Source: Octopus sinensis
Lineage: Eukaryota
Length of the DNA: 64,000 nucleotides
Reading direction: 5' to 3'
Assembly: GCF_006345805.1 (NCBI RefSeq)
Contig: NC_043021.1
Span: forward strand, 20,274,001 to 20,338,000
Positions 27,361 through 42,493 of the stretch are shown piece after piece; the stretch's first letter is position 1, and every line of letters begins with the position of its first letter. The notes below the pieces were generated by a model. It ran no database searches. It was not told where the DNA came from and saw nothing but the letters and a program-made list of their open reading frames with translations. A program made the translations under genes and the position numbers.

Positions 27361-27430
27361 TCAATGAAATAAATACCAATCAATGTAATCAACTATGTAT
27401 ATGTATGTGTGTGTTATATATTCCAAATTT

Positions 27431-27474
<44 letters not shown>

Positions 27475-28052
27475 CAACTCATGCCAGCATGGAAAACAGA
27501 TGAAAAAGAATGATGATGATGATGATGATATACACACATAAATATAGGCAAACTCAAACACATATATATTCATATATGTATAGTTATGAATATATTTGTA
27601 TATATGTTTATATATATATACAAACAGGGTAAAGAATACTCAATATTTATAGCAGAATTTATTTAGTTGTTCCAAGTTGAAGATCCCCATCCTTGGCTAT
27701 TCTGCCGAGTTTCATAATTTTGTGCATCCTATCAGGTAACAGAAACAAAATTTCTTTTTCTTTTTTTCTGTCGACTGAAAAAGATAATGGACAGAACACA
27801 AGAAACTCATGGTAGTGACAGTGTGAAGCATCAGCTTCAGACAAACATATTCTTTCCTTTTGAGTTTTCATTCATTCAGTGGGACTGAACCCAGAACCAT
27901 GTGGTTGGTAAGCAAGCTACTTACCACACAGCCACTCCTGCACCTATATTGTTTATTTTTAAGATGATATTCTAGGATAGGTGTGAGACCAGATTCTGGT
28001 CAGTTTAAATATAAAATAGGTAGAATATTTAAACCAGATATGGTTGGATTAA

Positions 28053-28476
28053 TCCTTTTGATACCAACCCAGCTGAAACCGCTTCTGGCTCTGAGTACAA
28101 ATGTCATGTTTTCAAAAGTTCTGATTTAAAATCTTCCACCAAAACTTAGTCACAATTTATATTCCTAACCCTAGCTTAATGATAACTAAGTTATTTTACT
28201 AAATTCTTTGTTATATTTAAAGTATTTGAAAGAAACACAGAGCATCTCAACAGAAATATGGTAAGAAAAGTGTTAAAATATATAATAGAGAAACAATTCT
28301 TAACCCTTTCAATACCAACCCGGCTGAAACCGGCTCTGGCTCTGAGTACAAATGTCTTGTTTTCATAAGTTTTGATTTAAAGTCTTCCACCAAACCTTAG
28401 TCACAATTTATGTTCCTAACACTAGCTTAATGAAAGAAACATAGAGAATCTCAACAGAAATATGGTAATAAAAGGG
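28053..28476. mobile_element. Two tandem piggyBac-like MITEs (28053-28272, 28304-28476)
   Basis: TTAA-CCCTTT...AAAGGG-TTAA-type ends; near-identical bodies, the second with an internal deletion. Related copy at about 20764-21028. Confidence 0.65.
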
Positions 28477-28794
28477 TTATATGTCAAAGGGTTCAAGACA
28501 ACTAGATGGTCTTTGTCACTCTTATTTCTTTATTGACCACAAGGGGCTAAACATAGAGGGGACAAACAAATAATTAAGTCTATTACATCGATCCCAGTGC
28601 GTAACTGATACTTAATTTATCAACCTTGAAAGGATGAAAAGGAAAAGTCGAACTTGGCGGAACCTGAACTCAGAATGCAAAGACAGGCGAGCCCGGCATG
28701 CTAACGTTTCTGCCAGCTGGCCACCCTCACTTTGTCACTCTTTGTCACGTCAAAGACACGTCTTTGTCATTCTGGCAGACAAATATGATTGGGT

Positions 28795-29193
28795 ACTCTT
28801 TTACTTGTTTCAGTCATTTGACTGCGGCCATGCTGGAGCACCGCCTTTAATCGAGCAACTCGATCCCGGGACTTATTCTTTTTTGTAAGCCCAGTACTTA
28901 TTCTATCGGTCTCTTTTTGCCGAACCGCTAAGTGACAGGGACATAAACACACCAGCATCGGTTGTCAAACAATGCTAGGGGGACAAACACAAACACACAC
29001 ACACATACATATATATACATACAGATATACAACGGGCTTCTTTCAGTTTCTGTCTACCAAATCTACTCACAAGGCTTTGGTCGGGCCGAGGCTATAATAG
29101 AAGACACTTGCCCAAGGTACCACGCAGTGGGACTGAACCCGGAACCATGTGGTTGGTAAACAAGCTACTTACCACGCAGCCACTCCTGCGCCT
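28795..29193 (-). mobile_element. SINE family A
   Basis: Full-length reverse copy. Confidence 0.9.
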
Positions 29194-30154
29194 ATATATC
29201 ATTATTATTTATTATTATTATCATTATTATTTAAATTCAAACTAAGCTTAACAAATAGATTAAGAAATAGGTTAAGAATGATAACACATATTGAGAATTT
29301 GTTATGAAGGTGCATGCCCTAGTGGTGAGGACAGTGGGCTGACAATAATTAGATTTCAATTCTCAGATATAGTGACACATTGTGTTGTTGAGCAAGGCAT
29401 TTAATTTCATGTTTTTCCAGTCCACTTTGCTGAAAAGAAATGCAAGTGGTAGCTGGCATTGGGTTTCTTGTCCAGAAGGGGGGGGGGTGATGTTATACTT
29501 TCAGTCGCCTAAATAATATGATAAACCGAAATAAACTCTGGTTTCATGTATTGTAGGTGCATGGTAGACTTTAATAATAATAATCATCATCATCATCATT
29601 TAACATCCGCTTTCCATGCTAGCACAGGTTGGATGAATTTGACTGAGGTCAGGCGAACCAGATGGCTGCACCAGGCTCCAATCGTGATCTGGCAGAGTTT
29701 CTACAGCTGGATGCCATTCCTAACGCCAACCACTCCGAGAGTGTAGTGGGTGCTTTTTACGTGCCACTGGCACGGGGCCAGTCAGGCGGTACTGGCAATG
29801 ACCTCACTCGAATCTTTTTACACATGCCACTGGCACAGGTGCCAGTAAGGTGACATTGGTAACGATCACGCTCGAATGGTGCCCTTTTACGTGCCACCGG
29901 CATGGAGCCAGATGGCTGCTCTGGCAATGATCACGCTCGGATGGTGCTCTTGGCACCCTACTAGCACGGGCACAATAAGAATATATTAAATTAGATATTG
30001 TTTATATTCTTATCCTAAACTGAAAAAAATCTTTCATTTATCTGTGAGATAGTAAAATTTTTTTTTAATGTGTCAATCAATCATTACACAGAAATTGAAG
30101 CCAGAAAAAAAAAACGGAAGTAAACCTTAAAAGAGAAAGGCACGTTTTGTTTTA

Positions 30155-30561
30155 TTTACTCTTACTCTTTTACTTGTTTCAGTCATTTGACTGCGGCCAT
30201 GCTGGAGCACCGCCTTTAATCGAGCAACTTGACCCCGGGACTTATTCTTTTGTAAGCCCAGTACTTATTCTATCGGTCTCTTTTGCCGAACCGCTAAGTT
30301 ACGGGGACGTAAACACACCAGCATCGGTTGTCAAGCAATGCTAGGGGGACAAACACAGACACACAAACACACACACGCGTATATTTATACATATATACGA
30401 CGGGCTTCTTTCAGTTTCCGTCTACCTAATCCACTCACAAAGCTTTGGTCAGCCCGAGGCTATAGTAGAAGACACTTGCCCAAGGTGCCACGCAGTGGGA
30501 CTGAACCCGGAACCATGTGGTTGGTAAACAAGCTACTTACCACACAGCCACTCCTGCGCCT
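30155..30561 (-). mobile_element. SINE family A
   Basis: Full-length reverse copy. Confidence 0.9.
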
Positions 30562-30995
30562 TGCTTGGAAACTGGTGTTATTTGAGAGGGATTAAGGAAA
30601 AGGAAACTTCTGCAAGCATCAATATTATAAGTCAGAAAAGCACAAGGTTGGACAGCATGACACAAACTGAAGAGAATATGCAACTCCAGACTGTTTGAAA
30701 GGAACAAAAATCAGACTGTTCCTTGCCACGGATGAGTCAGTGCCCTTGAATGGCAATGAAATGTGGACACTTGCCAAACAAGAAAAGAAGAGTTTAGATG
30801 GTACTTATTTAATCTCCCCCCCCACCGAAAGGATGAAAGGCTAAGTCGGCCTCGGCGGAATTTGAACTCAGAATGTAGCGGCAGACGAAACACCTATTTC
30901 TTTACTACCTACAAGGGGCTAAACACAGAGAGAACAAACAAGGACAGACAAATGGATTAAGTCGATTATATCAACCCCAGTGCGTAACTGGTACA

Positions 30996-31255
30996 TGAGG
31001 ATGCTATGAAAGGCCCTGGATACAAAATGGCAGTAGAACATGACCGATGAGCATCTCTATGGAAGCCTTCCAGAAGAGGCTAACAAGATCAAAGAATAGT
31101 GTCTCTGGATATTGGGTCATTGCATGTGACACCAGGAAGAAGAAGCATCAAAACATGTGTTCTGGGACACACAGCATGGTACGAGCAAGTGTAGGAGACA
31201 TTGACTGACATTTATCAACAATTTGAAGGAGGACACAGAATTGGATTCTATCTAT
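30996..31255 (+). mobile_element. RTE-clade LINE C-terminal relic
   Basis: RML*KAL..W..MTDEHLYGSLP..KIKE..ILGHC..VFWDTQHG, matching RTE ORF C-terminal motifs. Confidence 0.7.
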
Positions 31256-32202
31256 TAACTGAAGGTGGTGATGATAGATTGAGATGCTTGGCAAATTAGC
31301 TTTGTCTTGGAGTACCAGATGTGAGCCCAACCAAAGCAAGGAACATTATACGTATGTTTTTTATGTGTGTCATGATAGAAGATGGTTAAGGAATGATCTA
31401 TCCAATTTATGATAGTTACAGCGATAAACATCCCTTTTTTTTAATGCCATTTGTGTCATCATCGTCATTTAACGTCCGTTTTTCATGCTGGCATGGGTTG
31501 GACAGTTTGACAGGATCTGGTGAACCACAGGGCTGCATTGTACTCCACACCAACTTTGGCATGATTTTTGCAACTAGATGCTTTTCTCAATGACTTTCTT
31601 AAATGCCAACCACTTTATTCAGGCAGATTTTCAACAATCAGATACCCTTCCTGATGCCAACTCACACCAGTTTCCAAGCAAGGTAACATTTCCCCATGGC
31701 CAGACATGTTTCTGCAGGATAAAGGGAACAAACAACACTGCTTGTATGACAGTGACATTCATTTACAACAATCAATAAGACAAGGAGATGCACACACACG
31801 GTCTTCTTTCAGTTTCAAATCCACCAAAAGTCATTGGTCAGCTTTGAGCTATAATAAAAGATATTTGCCCAATGTTCCACACTTGAGGGATAGAACCCAA
31901 AAATCATGTTAAGGTCATCATTACAGATATTCTTATTTCTTTACTGCCCACAAGGGGCTACACACAGAGGGGACAAACAAGGACAGACAAACGGATTAAG
32001 CTGATTATATCGACCGCAGTGTGTAACTGGTACTTATTTAACCCCTCCCCCCCGAAAGGATGAAAGGCTAAGTCAGCCTCGCCGGAATTTGAACAGGTTT
32101 TGTTAATTTTCTGCTGCTTTAAATAAAGCATATTACTCTACCACTGGTATTTGAGTACTCTTTTTTCACCTTGTTTCACATTTATGTGTTTACTCACTTA
32201 CC

Positions 32203-32204
<2 letters not shown>

Positions 32205-32252
<48 letters not shown>

Positions 32253-32395
32253 TATATATACATATACATACATATATATACACATATATATACATACATA
32301 TATATACACACACACACACACATATATATACATATACATACACACACACACACACACATATATATACATATACATACATATATATACACATATAT

Positions 32396-32442
<47 letters not shown>

Positions 32443-33236
32443 TATATATACATATACATACATATATATACATATACATACATATATATACACATATATA
32501 TACATATACATACATATATATACATATATATACACATATACATACATATATATACATATATATACACATATATATACATATACATACATATATATACATA
32601 TATATACACATATATATACATATACATACATATATATACATATATATACACATATATACACATACATATATATATATATATACATATATATATACACATA
32701 TATACACATATATATACACACATATATATATACATATATATATATAAACATATATATATACATATAATATACATATATATATATAAACATATATATTATA
32801 TAATACACATATATAATATATATATACATATATATATATATAAATATACATATATATATACATATATTATATATATACATATATATATATATATACCATT
32901 ATATATATATATATACACATAATATATATATATACATATAATATATATACATATATATATACATACATATATCATATATATATCACCATATATAATATAT
33001 ATATATATCATATATATATATATATATATATATTATACATATATATATATATACATACATATATATCATATATATATATACACATATATATACTACATAT
33101 ATATAGTATAATATATATACATATATATATATATATATACTATATAAATAACATATATATATAAACATATATATATATACATATAATTATATAACATATA
33201 TATATAAACATATATATATACATATAATATATATAT

Positions 33237-33268
<32 letters not shown>

Positions 33269-33594
33269 CACATATATATATATAATACACATATATATAT
33301 ACATATATATATTATACACATATATATATACATATATATATATATATCACACATACATATATATATACATATATATATATACATACATATATATATATTA
33401 TACACATACATAATATTATATATATATATATCACATACATATATATATATATACACATACATATATATATATACATACATATATATATATATATACATAT
33501 ATACATACATATATATATATATACAATACATATATATATATATATACATACATATATATATATATATATACATACATATATATATATATATACT

Positions 33595-33628
<34 letters not shown>

Positions 33629-33789
33629 AATATATACATACATACATATATATACCATATATATACATACATATATATATATATTATACATACATATATA
33701 TATATATATAATACATACATATATATATATATATATACATACATATATATATATATATACATACATATATATATATATATATATCATAC

Positions 33790-33830
<41 letters not shown>

Positions 33831-33965
33831 CCATATATACACATATCTATACCATATACTCATACATATATATATATATATATATCACATACATCTATAT
33901 ATACATACATCTATATATCTATATCTATATATATAGATGGATATAGAGAGATACATACATACACA
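32205..33965. repeat. ~1.75-kb compound (TA/CA)n microsatellite
   Basis: Almost exclusively TA and CA dinucleotides. Confidence 0.97.
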
Positions 33966-34658
33966 CATAGCTGAGGTTGATAAATAGATAGATAGATTAA
34001 TAAATAGATAGTTGAGATAAATAGATAGATAGACAGATAGGTAGACAGGACAGGCAGATCAAGAGAGAGAGAAGGGAGGGAATAGATGCTGAAACCTAAG
34101 ATCCTACTAATCCAGTATTCCACAAAAAGAAAGAACTTGTTACAATTCTCATCCCTTCAAAGATGATACAGAGTCTACTCTGAAGAGATGTGAGTTCTAA
34201 CGCCTGGCCATCTTCCTTGTGGATGAAATTTGGTAGATTTATAATGCAGAAGCTGCTCTTTCTGTGTATCTGCATTTATAAACTTTTATAAATCTGTAGA
34301 AAGGGAGGTAACATTTAGAAGGGACGTCACTCAGGTCCGCTAAACTACTGGGTGAAATCTGTACAGGTCTAAGCAGTGGAGTTGATATAACTGTCTATAA
34401 CTCTTTTAGGCAATGCCCTATTAGGAGCACAGTCTGAGGGCTGAAACTGGTCACAGAATGCCAAACCATAAACCAATGGAAATACAGACTCATTAGGCAT
34501 GCCTGTTTGCTTCCCAGTTACAGGATTTGTGGTTCAGTACTACTGCAAGGTACCTTGGGCAAGTGTCTTCTACTATAGCCTTGGGCCAACCACAGCCTTG
34601 TGAGTGGATTTGGTAGACGGAAACTCAAAAGGAACCCATCCTACATATATATATATAT

Positions 34659-35048
34659 AGGCGCAGGAGTGGCTGTGTGGTAAGTAGCTTGCTTACCAAC
34701 CACATGGTTCCGGGTTCATTCCTACTATGTGGCACCATGGGCAAGTGTTTTCTACTATAGCCTCGGGCCGATTAAAGCCTTGTGAGTGGATTTGGTAGAC
34801 GGAAACTGGAAGAAGCCCGTCGTATATATGTATGTGTGTATATGTTTGTGTGTCTGGGTTTGTCCCCCCCACCATTGCTTGACAACCGATGGTGGTGTGC
34901 TTATGTCCCTGTAACTTAGCGGTTCACCAAAAGAGACTGATAGAATAAGTACTAGGCTTAGAAAGAATAAGTCCTGGGGTCGATTTACTCGACTAAGGGC
35001 GGTGCTCCAGCATGGCTGCAGTCAAATGACTGAAACAAGTAAAAGAGT
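34659..35048 (+). mobile_element. SINE family A
   Basis: Full-length copy; partial copies at 34495-34645 and 35474-35778. Confidence 0.9.
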
Positions 35049-36867
35049 ATATATATATCGTCAGTAAATCATAAATCCAGAAAAGAAGCACACTCTAAGT
35101 TAGATAGCAGTAAAGTATATGGATAGATATGGCTGGTCTATGAGGTTACCCTGGGTTTCACGTCCATAAAGCGCTTAGCCTTGCAGTATCCCTCCAGATC
35201 CAAGCCTATGGCTTCTCTATATGTATTTCACTTAAGCGTAACAAGACCAATAACCAATATACATATGGTCCAGAATACAATGTTAGATGAGTGTAGACTC
35301 ATAGCCTTGGGTCAACCAAGGAACAAAGAGATGACAACAGGAAAAAAAAACAAAGGTTATGTAATGACTTCATTAGCTTACAGTTGTTTCTGCTATAATA
35401 TGTGGACAAACAGCTGTGAGCTAATGATGTTCATTACATAACCTTCGTTTTTTTCTGGTATAATCTCTTTGTTCCAAAGCCTTGTGAGTGGATTTGGTAG
35501 ACGGAAACTGAAAGAAGCCCGTCGTATATATGTATATATATATATATGTGTGTGTGTGTTTGTGTGTCTGTGTTTGTCCCCCTAGCATTGCTTGACAACC
35601 GATGCTGGTGTGTTTATGTCCCCGTTACTTAGCGGTTCGGCAAAAGAGACTGATAGAATAAGTACTGGGCTTACAAAAGAATAAGTCCCGGGGTCGAGTT
35701 GCTCGATTAAAGGTGGTGCTCCAGCATGGCCGCAATCAAAATGACTGAAACAAGTAAAAGAGTAAAGAGTAAAAGAGTATATGTGTGTCTTCGTGTCTGC
35801 ATTTGTCCCTCCCCACCACTGCTTGACAACTGGTGTTGGTTTGTTTACGTCCCCGTAATTTAGCAGTTTGGCAAAAGAGGCTGATAGAATAAGTACCAGA
35901 CTTAAAAGAAAGTAAGGACTGGGGGTTGATTCATTCGACTAAAATAAAAATTCTTCGAGGGGGTGCCCCAGCATGGCCATAGTCAAATGACTGAAACAAG
36001 ATTAAAAAAAACAAACAGGGGTAATTAGTGGAGAACGAGTAAGAATTTGTAACAAGAGACCAATTTTGCTGATGAGAATTAAGACATATCTGGATTTATC
36101 TCTGTCAAGGAAAATGAAAAGAATGATTTTTCTCTAACTTTGACACAATGCCAACAGCTTTGAGGGAAGTGAGCCTGTTGATTATATCGACCCCAGACCT
36201 CAATGTGTACCTATTATGTTGATCCCAATAGGAAGAAAGGAAAATTTGACCTTGATGAAATCTGAACTCAGAATGTAAAGAGCCTGAGTAAAGACCTTAA
36301 GTCATTTTGCCTGATGCCCTAACACTTCTACCAGCTTACTGCTTTAATAATAATAATAATAACGATCCTTTTAACAATAATAATAATCCTATATGCACAA
36401 AACCTGAAATTTTGGGGGAGGGGACTAGTCGATTACATCAACCCCCCAGTACTGAACTGGTACTTATTCTATGACTCCCGTAAGGATGAAAAGCAAAATC
36501 AACCTCGGAAGAAATTGAACTCAGAACCTAGCAACAGACGAAATGCTGCTAACCATTCTGCCAGCTCACCACCTTATTTTTTAACAACAACAGCAACAGC
36601 AGCAGCAGCAGCGACGACGACGACGACAACAACAACACTCTTTTACTTGTTTCAGTCATTTAGAAACACATATATACGAAGGGCTTCTTTCAGTTTCTGT
36701 CTACCAAATCCACTCACAAAGCTTTGGTCAGCCCGGGGCTATAGTAGAAGAAACTTGCCCAAGGTGCCATGCAGTGGGACTGAACCCGGAACCATGTGGT
36801 TGGTAAACAAGCTACTTACCACACAGCCACTCCTGCGCCTGTGTGGTAAAAGGGAACTAATCATATT

Positions 36868-37275
36868 GTCATACCTGGGGGTGCATGCATAGGTGACAAA
36901 GAACTGGAAAAGGTAGAAAAATACAAATTACTAAATGACAAAATAACAATAATATGGGCAATGAGGAGAACAACTGTCGTCCCAGTAGTTGTAGGGACAC
37001 TTGGAGCAATAACAACTAAGTTCAAGTATTATGCCAGAGAAATTGGAATTGACATGAGGACATGCGGAAAAAATTGCTCTATTGGGAACAGCTAGGATTT
37101 TGAGATTGGTGCTTGAGTGTGGAGTATCTTCCACAATAGTTGACATCCGAGTACCAAGTCTTATAATTTGTGGTAAGAAAACCTGCGAGACCTCTGACAA
37201 CAGGTTGCTGTCTGCTCTCACAAAATTAACCAGAGCAAGTAAGGCTGAGAGGCCCTGAGAAGTAAAATATAATAA
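36868..37275 (+). mobile_element. R4/Dong-like non-LTR retrotransposon 3' relic (restriction-like endonuclease end)
   Basis: DKELEKVEKYKLL..IWAMRRTTVVPVVVGTLGAI, then after a frameshift EKIALLGTARILRLVL. Confidence 0.8.
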
Positions 37276-37918
37276 TTTCAAATTCTAGAACAAGGCCGGC
37301 AATTTCAGGGGAGGGTATCAATCAGCTGGTGCTTATTTTTTATTGATCCTGAAGGCTGAAAGGTAAAGCTGACCTTGGTTGTATTTGAACTGAGAACATA
37401 AAGATGGATAAAATGTCACTAAGCATTTTGCCCAGTGTGTTAATGATTCTTGCCATAATAATAATAATAATAATAATAATCCTTTCTACTAAAGGCACAA
37501 GGCCTGAAATTTGGCAGGAGTGGTGCTAGTTGATTACATTGACCCCAGTGAGTCTTGTGAGTGGATTTGGTAGATGGAAACTGAAAGAAGCCTGTCGTAC
37601 ATATATATCTATGTGTGTGTGTTTGTCCCCACACTACTACTTCACAATCAGCGGTGGTGTGTTGTGTTCACATGCGCTATAACTTAACAGTTTGGCAAAA
37701 GTATGAAAAATAAGGACTGGGATTGATTCGTTCATCTAAAACATATTCGTCTATATGGTGCCCCAGCATGGCCATAGTCTACTGAATGAAATGATTAAAA
37801 GATAAAAAGAAACCAACCTAACAAATCGTGATTTTATATTACATTTTCTAAGGCTATGTCCTTAAGAACAGATTAATGCCAAAATTAGTTCCAGCCCTAA
37901 ATTTCCTAAAATTCATCG

Positions 37919-38527
37919 TTAATTTTTAGCATTCAGATTCTGTCAAATGTAATGCCTGCGTTTTCACATTGTTTTGTATTCATCATGGATTATCTTGTAG
38001 TTTTGAGATTTTGATAATATGAGATTTATTGAGTCAAGTATGTTAACACCAACATCAAAATGAAAACCAAATGGAAATTGTAGTTGTGATACCTGTGCCG
38101 GTGACACGTTAAAAGAACCGTCCGAACGTGGCTGATGCCAGCATTGCCTGACTGGCGTCTGTGTTGGTGACATGTAAAAGCACCAACCGATCATGCCGTT
38201 TGCCGGCCTCCTCTGGTCTCTGTGCCGGTGGCACGTAAAAAACACCCACTACACTCTCGGAGTGGTTGGCATTAGGAAGGGAATCCAGCTGTAGAAACAC
38301 TGCCAGATCAGACTGGAGCCTGGGGCAGCTTCCCAGACCCCGGTCGAACCATCCAACCCACGCTAGCATAGAAAACGGATGTTAAACGATGATGATGATG
38401 ATGATGATTGTTTATTTTTAGAATGACATTGTAGGGTAGGTATGAGGGGCCAGATCTAGCCCTTTTGAACATGAAACATATAAAATATTGGGGTTAGATA
38501 TGGCTGGTTTAAATGCTAAAGGCTTAA
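37919..38527. mobile_element. Second piggyBac-like MITE family, split by a SINE C insertion
   Basis: tttagcatt..aatgctaaa inverted ends near TTAA. Related copies at about 41344-41570, 44088-44790 and 58873-59340. Confidence 0.5.
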
Positions 38528-39127
38528 TTCTTTTCAGGAGTTGAAAGGATGCGAAGGGCATAATAACCTCTCTAATATCACAATAAAATATACCCAGTAG
38601 TTACAGAACAAGCAGAGAAAAGTTAGGGGCTAGAGGACCCTTTAATCTTGCCCTGTTGAGGACATGGCACTGTACTCTATAAATTGGTTGGTGTCAGGAA
38701 GGGCATTTAGCCATAGAAACCATGCTAAAAGTGGTTCTCCCAATATATCTAAAAAGTTTATAAAACCAAATGAAAATGGAGCCATTCAATCTATGCAGTT
38801 ATAACATGAAGATGATTTAAACATAGAGGAAGCATATGTCATTGGAAATATAGTTATGAAAGAGAAGAAAATATTAGCTGGTAGGAGTCATTAATCAACA
38901 ATAATTAGTTGTCAACAAGTCAATAAAATTGTTTGATTTACTAGAAACAGCAGCAAAAGCTCTGCTACCAACTAAAAGAAACAAAACAAAAAAAAAAGGA
39001 TAAATTAAACAATGTAGTCTCAGACATACAAAAATATGAAACAAGTCACAGCTGGGATTCTTGTGATTTGAGGAGACTTGCTGTCACCAAACATCAAAAC
39101 AATATCCCTAATAACAAATATAGCAAA

Positions 39128-39420
39128 CTAGCAGAGATACCCTGTTATATAATACTTTCACTTTAATAGTTTCAGTATTAAAATGAAAGTGTCTGCATTA
39201 CAAAAGAGAGATGTTTTTGTTTCACTTTTAACATGTAATACTAAAATAGTGGAGAAGATATGTTATTGCTGTGGGTTCGCCCTAGGGAAAAAGTTTTTGC
39301 CGATGACACTCCCCGGACCTTAAGTAAGGTATGTGTAAAATTTGAATGAAATTGGTTGTGTAGTTCTCAAGTTTTAGGGAAACACACAGACAGACATTCT
39401 CAGTTTTATATATATAGAGA
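39128..39420 (-). mobile_element. Related Helitron-like element
   Basis: Same TC..tatatatataaaactg 5' end and ctgCTAG 3' end, A|T target; subterminal hairpin missing. Confidence 0.6.
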
Positions 39421-42400
39421 TTACAGCTATACTAATAATCCTTTCTGCCATTGGCACAAGGTCTGAAATTTTGTGGGAGGGGCCAGTTGATTACATCCAC
39501 CCCAGTGTTCAACTGGTACTTATTTTATCAACCTCGAAAGGATGAAATGGCCAAGTCAACCATGGGGAAATTTAAACAACGACTGACTGCCAAGTGCTTT
39601 AATTATTTTTATGTTGAAAGTGTAGAGCTCCGTCCCTGTAGTGGATAAAAAGGGATGGACAGCGAAGGGGACACCATTTTACAGTATTAATTAAAAGAAA
39701 TTCGAGATGGATAGATGGAAATGTGATGAGACTGAGAAAAGCATGCTGGGTGAAATGCGTAGCCGTATTTCGTCTGCCGCTACGTTCTGAGTTCAAATTC
39801 CACCGAGGTCGACTTTGCCTTTCATCCTTTCAGGGTTGATAAATTAAGTACCAGTTACGCACTGGGGGTCGATGTAATCGACTTAATACCTATGTCTGTC
39901 CTTGTTTGTCCCCTCTATGTTTAGTCCCTTGTGGGTAGTAAAGAAATAGGTATGGGAGCAATGGGTAATACAGGGGTTTATCGAAAGCAAAGAATACTAC
40001 ATCATCACAATCAACATCATTGAACATTTGTTTTCCATGCTGGCATGGATTTGATGGTTTCACAGGTGCTGTCCAAGACTCCATTTGATTGCTGTGGCAT
40101 GGTTTCTATGGTTGGATGCCTTTCCTAACACCGACTTCTTTACAGAGTGTGCCGAGTGCTTCTCATGTGCCACTAGCATGGGGGAATTTACACAGCACTG
40201 GCACGAGTGCTGCCAGAAAAGAGTACTCAATGCCGTGGTTGAGATTAATAATATTTCATTTTGCTCAAGCTATAACTTGTCTGAAGATCCTGTACACCTA
40301 CAGGTGGAACTCAAAGACTGACTTGACTGTAATAAAATGTGCGTGTGTGAGCACAAACACACACAACACACACTCTATGGTGATAGGAAGGGCACCCGGT
40401 CATAGGAAATCTGTCTAAGCAAATTCTGTTTAACCCAAGCAAACATAGAAAAGTGTATGTTAAAAAGAACAGTGTTTAATAATGAGACATATATATATAT
40501 ATATATATATATATAGCAAACCATCTGTTTGTATCCCTTCATCATATATTTCCTATTTCTATTTCTTTATTGCCCACTAGGGGCTAAACATAGAGGGAAC
40601 AAACACAGACAAACGGATTAAGTTGATTACATATGTGTGTGTGTGTGTTGTGTGTGCGTGTGAATATATGTATGTATATTGTGTGTGTGTATATATATAT
40701 ATATATGTTATTAATTGATCTGAGAACTTTATATTATTGGAAAACCTATATAAAAAATTAGCTGAAGATTACTCGGCATCTTAAATCTGCTGTAATATTT
40801 ACAGCTTTTAATAAAAAGTTGCAGTATGAAACAATTGTACTAAATGACCGGATCCATTCTTGTTGCTTATTTTTGATTATAATCACCCCGCATATTTTTA
40901 TGGGTAACACCATAAAAAATTCTGGTGCATCTAAATTAAGTGCCATATTCATTTGAATCTATATTGTTGCTGAACTTATATATATATATATATATGTACA
41001 CACACACACATACAATATACATACATATACGCACGCACACACACTACAATATTAGGGAAGGTCCAGACCAGAATAAATCTGATTCATTTGCAAGCAATCC
41101 AACAACCCAGTTTTCAATTATGTAACAGTGCTAATAATAACAATATAACAATCAAGATCGAGTCTAATTAGAAATTGATGAGGGAGGTTTAATTAAATGA
41201 ATTCATTTCTGTTAAAGTATTTAATGATACCAAAAGGAAGAATGTAAGGTAGAAGGAAAAAAGGAAAAAAAAAGGAAAAACCCTTCATCTTTGAAGTCAG
41301 TGTAAAGGGAGACAACTAGAGTATTTATTCTATTGCCACTATTTGACCCTTTAATATTTGAACTAAGCATATCAGGCACAGATATTCTACCAGGCTTATA
41401 CTGATACCGGATAGGTCTGGCTTCTCACACATATCCTACAATGTCATTCTGAAAATAAATGATCACACCATTGAAGTCTCATAGCTATGTGACAGTACAT
41501 GATTAATTCAAAGCAATGTGAATAAATAAGCATTACATCTGACAGAGGAATTTGGATCCTAAAGGATTAATCATAAATCAGCATAGGTACAAGACTAGGA
41601 AAATTTAGTGGTGGGGATGTTAGTTGATTAAAGTGACCCAGGACTTGGCTGGCTTGCTAACAATTCTGCCAGCTCAGAAACAAGTAAAATGATAAGAATA
41701 TGTGTCGAGCGTGATCGTTACTTGTGTCGCCTTACTGGCACTTGTGCTGGTGGCATGGGAAAAAACATTCGAGCAAGGTCGTTGCCAGAGCTGCTGGACT
41801 GGCTCCTGTGCAGGTGGCACATAAAAAGCACCATTTGAGTGTGGCTGCTGCCAGTACCGCCTGACTGGCCCTCGTGCCGGTGGCATGTAAAAGCACCCAC
41901 TACACTCTCGGAGTGATTGGCGTTAGGAAGGGCATCCAGCTGTAGAAACTCTGCCAGATCAGATGGGAATCTGGTGCAAGCCATCTGGTTCGCCAGACCT
42001 CAGTCAAATCGTCTAACCCATGATAGCATGGAAAGCAGACGTTAAACAATGATGTGTGTGAGAGAGAGAGTCCTAGTGATCTTGTGGATAAAGGCATATA
42101 TAGAGAGCGACAATATCCTCGGCAGGGTTTACCACTGCCCAGGGCCTAATCACCATCATCTTTCTTATTTAATGTCTGTTTTCTGTGCTGGTGGTATAGG
42201 TCGGGCTGTTTGACAGGATCCAGCAAACAGCAGGGCTGCACCAAGCTACAACGTCAACTTTCGACATGTTTTCACCTGTTGAATGTCCTTCCTAATGTCG
42301 ACCCCCTTACAATGTGTACTGGGGTGCTTTTTTTATTTTGTGCCACCAACACGAGTGAGGTTGCCAAATAAATTATGAGACGGAAAAAAAAAACAGAAAA

Positions 42401-42493
42401 GAGAGAAGCCCTTCTAACTAAGTGTATGCGAATGGGGTTTTAGGGAAGAGAAGGTGGCTTCAAACCAGGAGCTAAGAGGCTATATATGATGAA

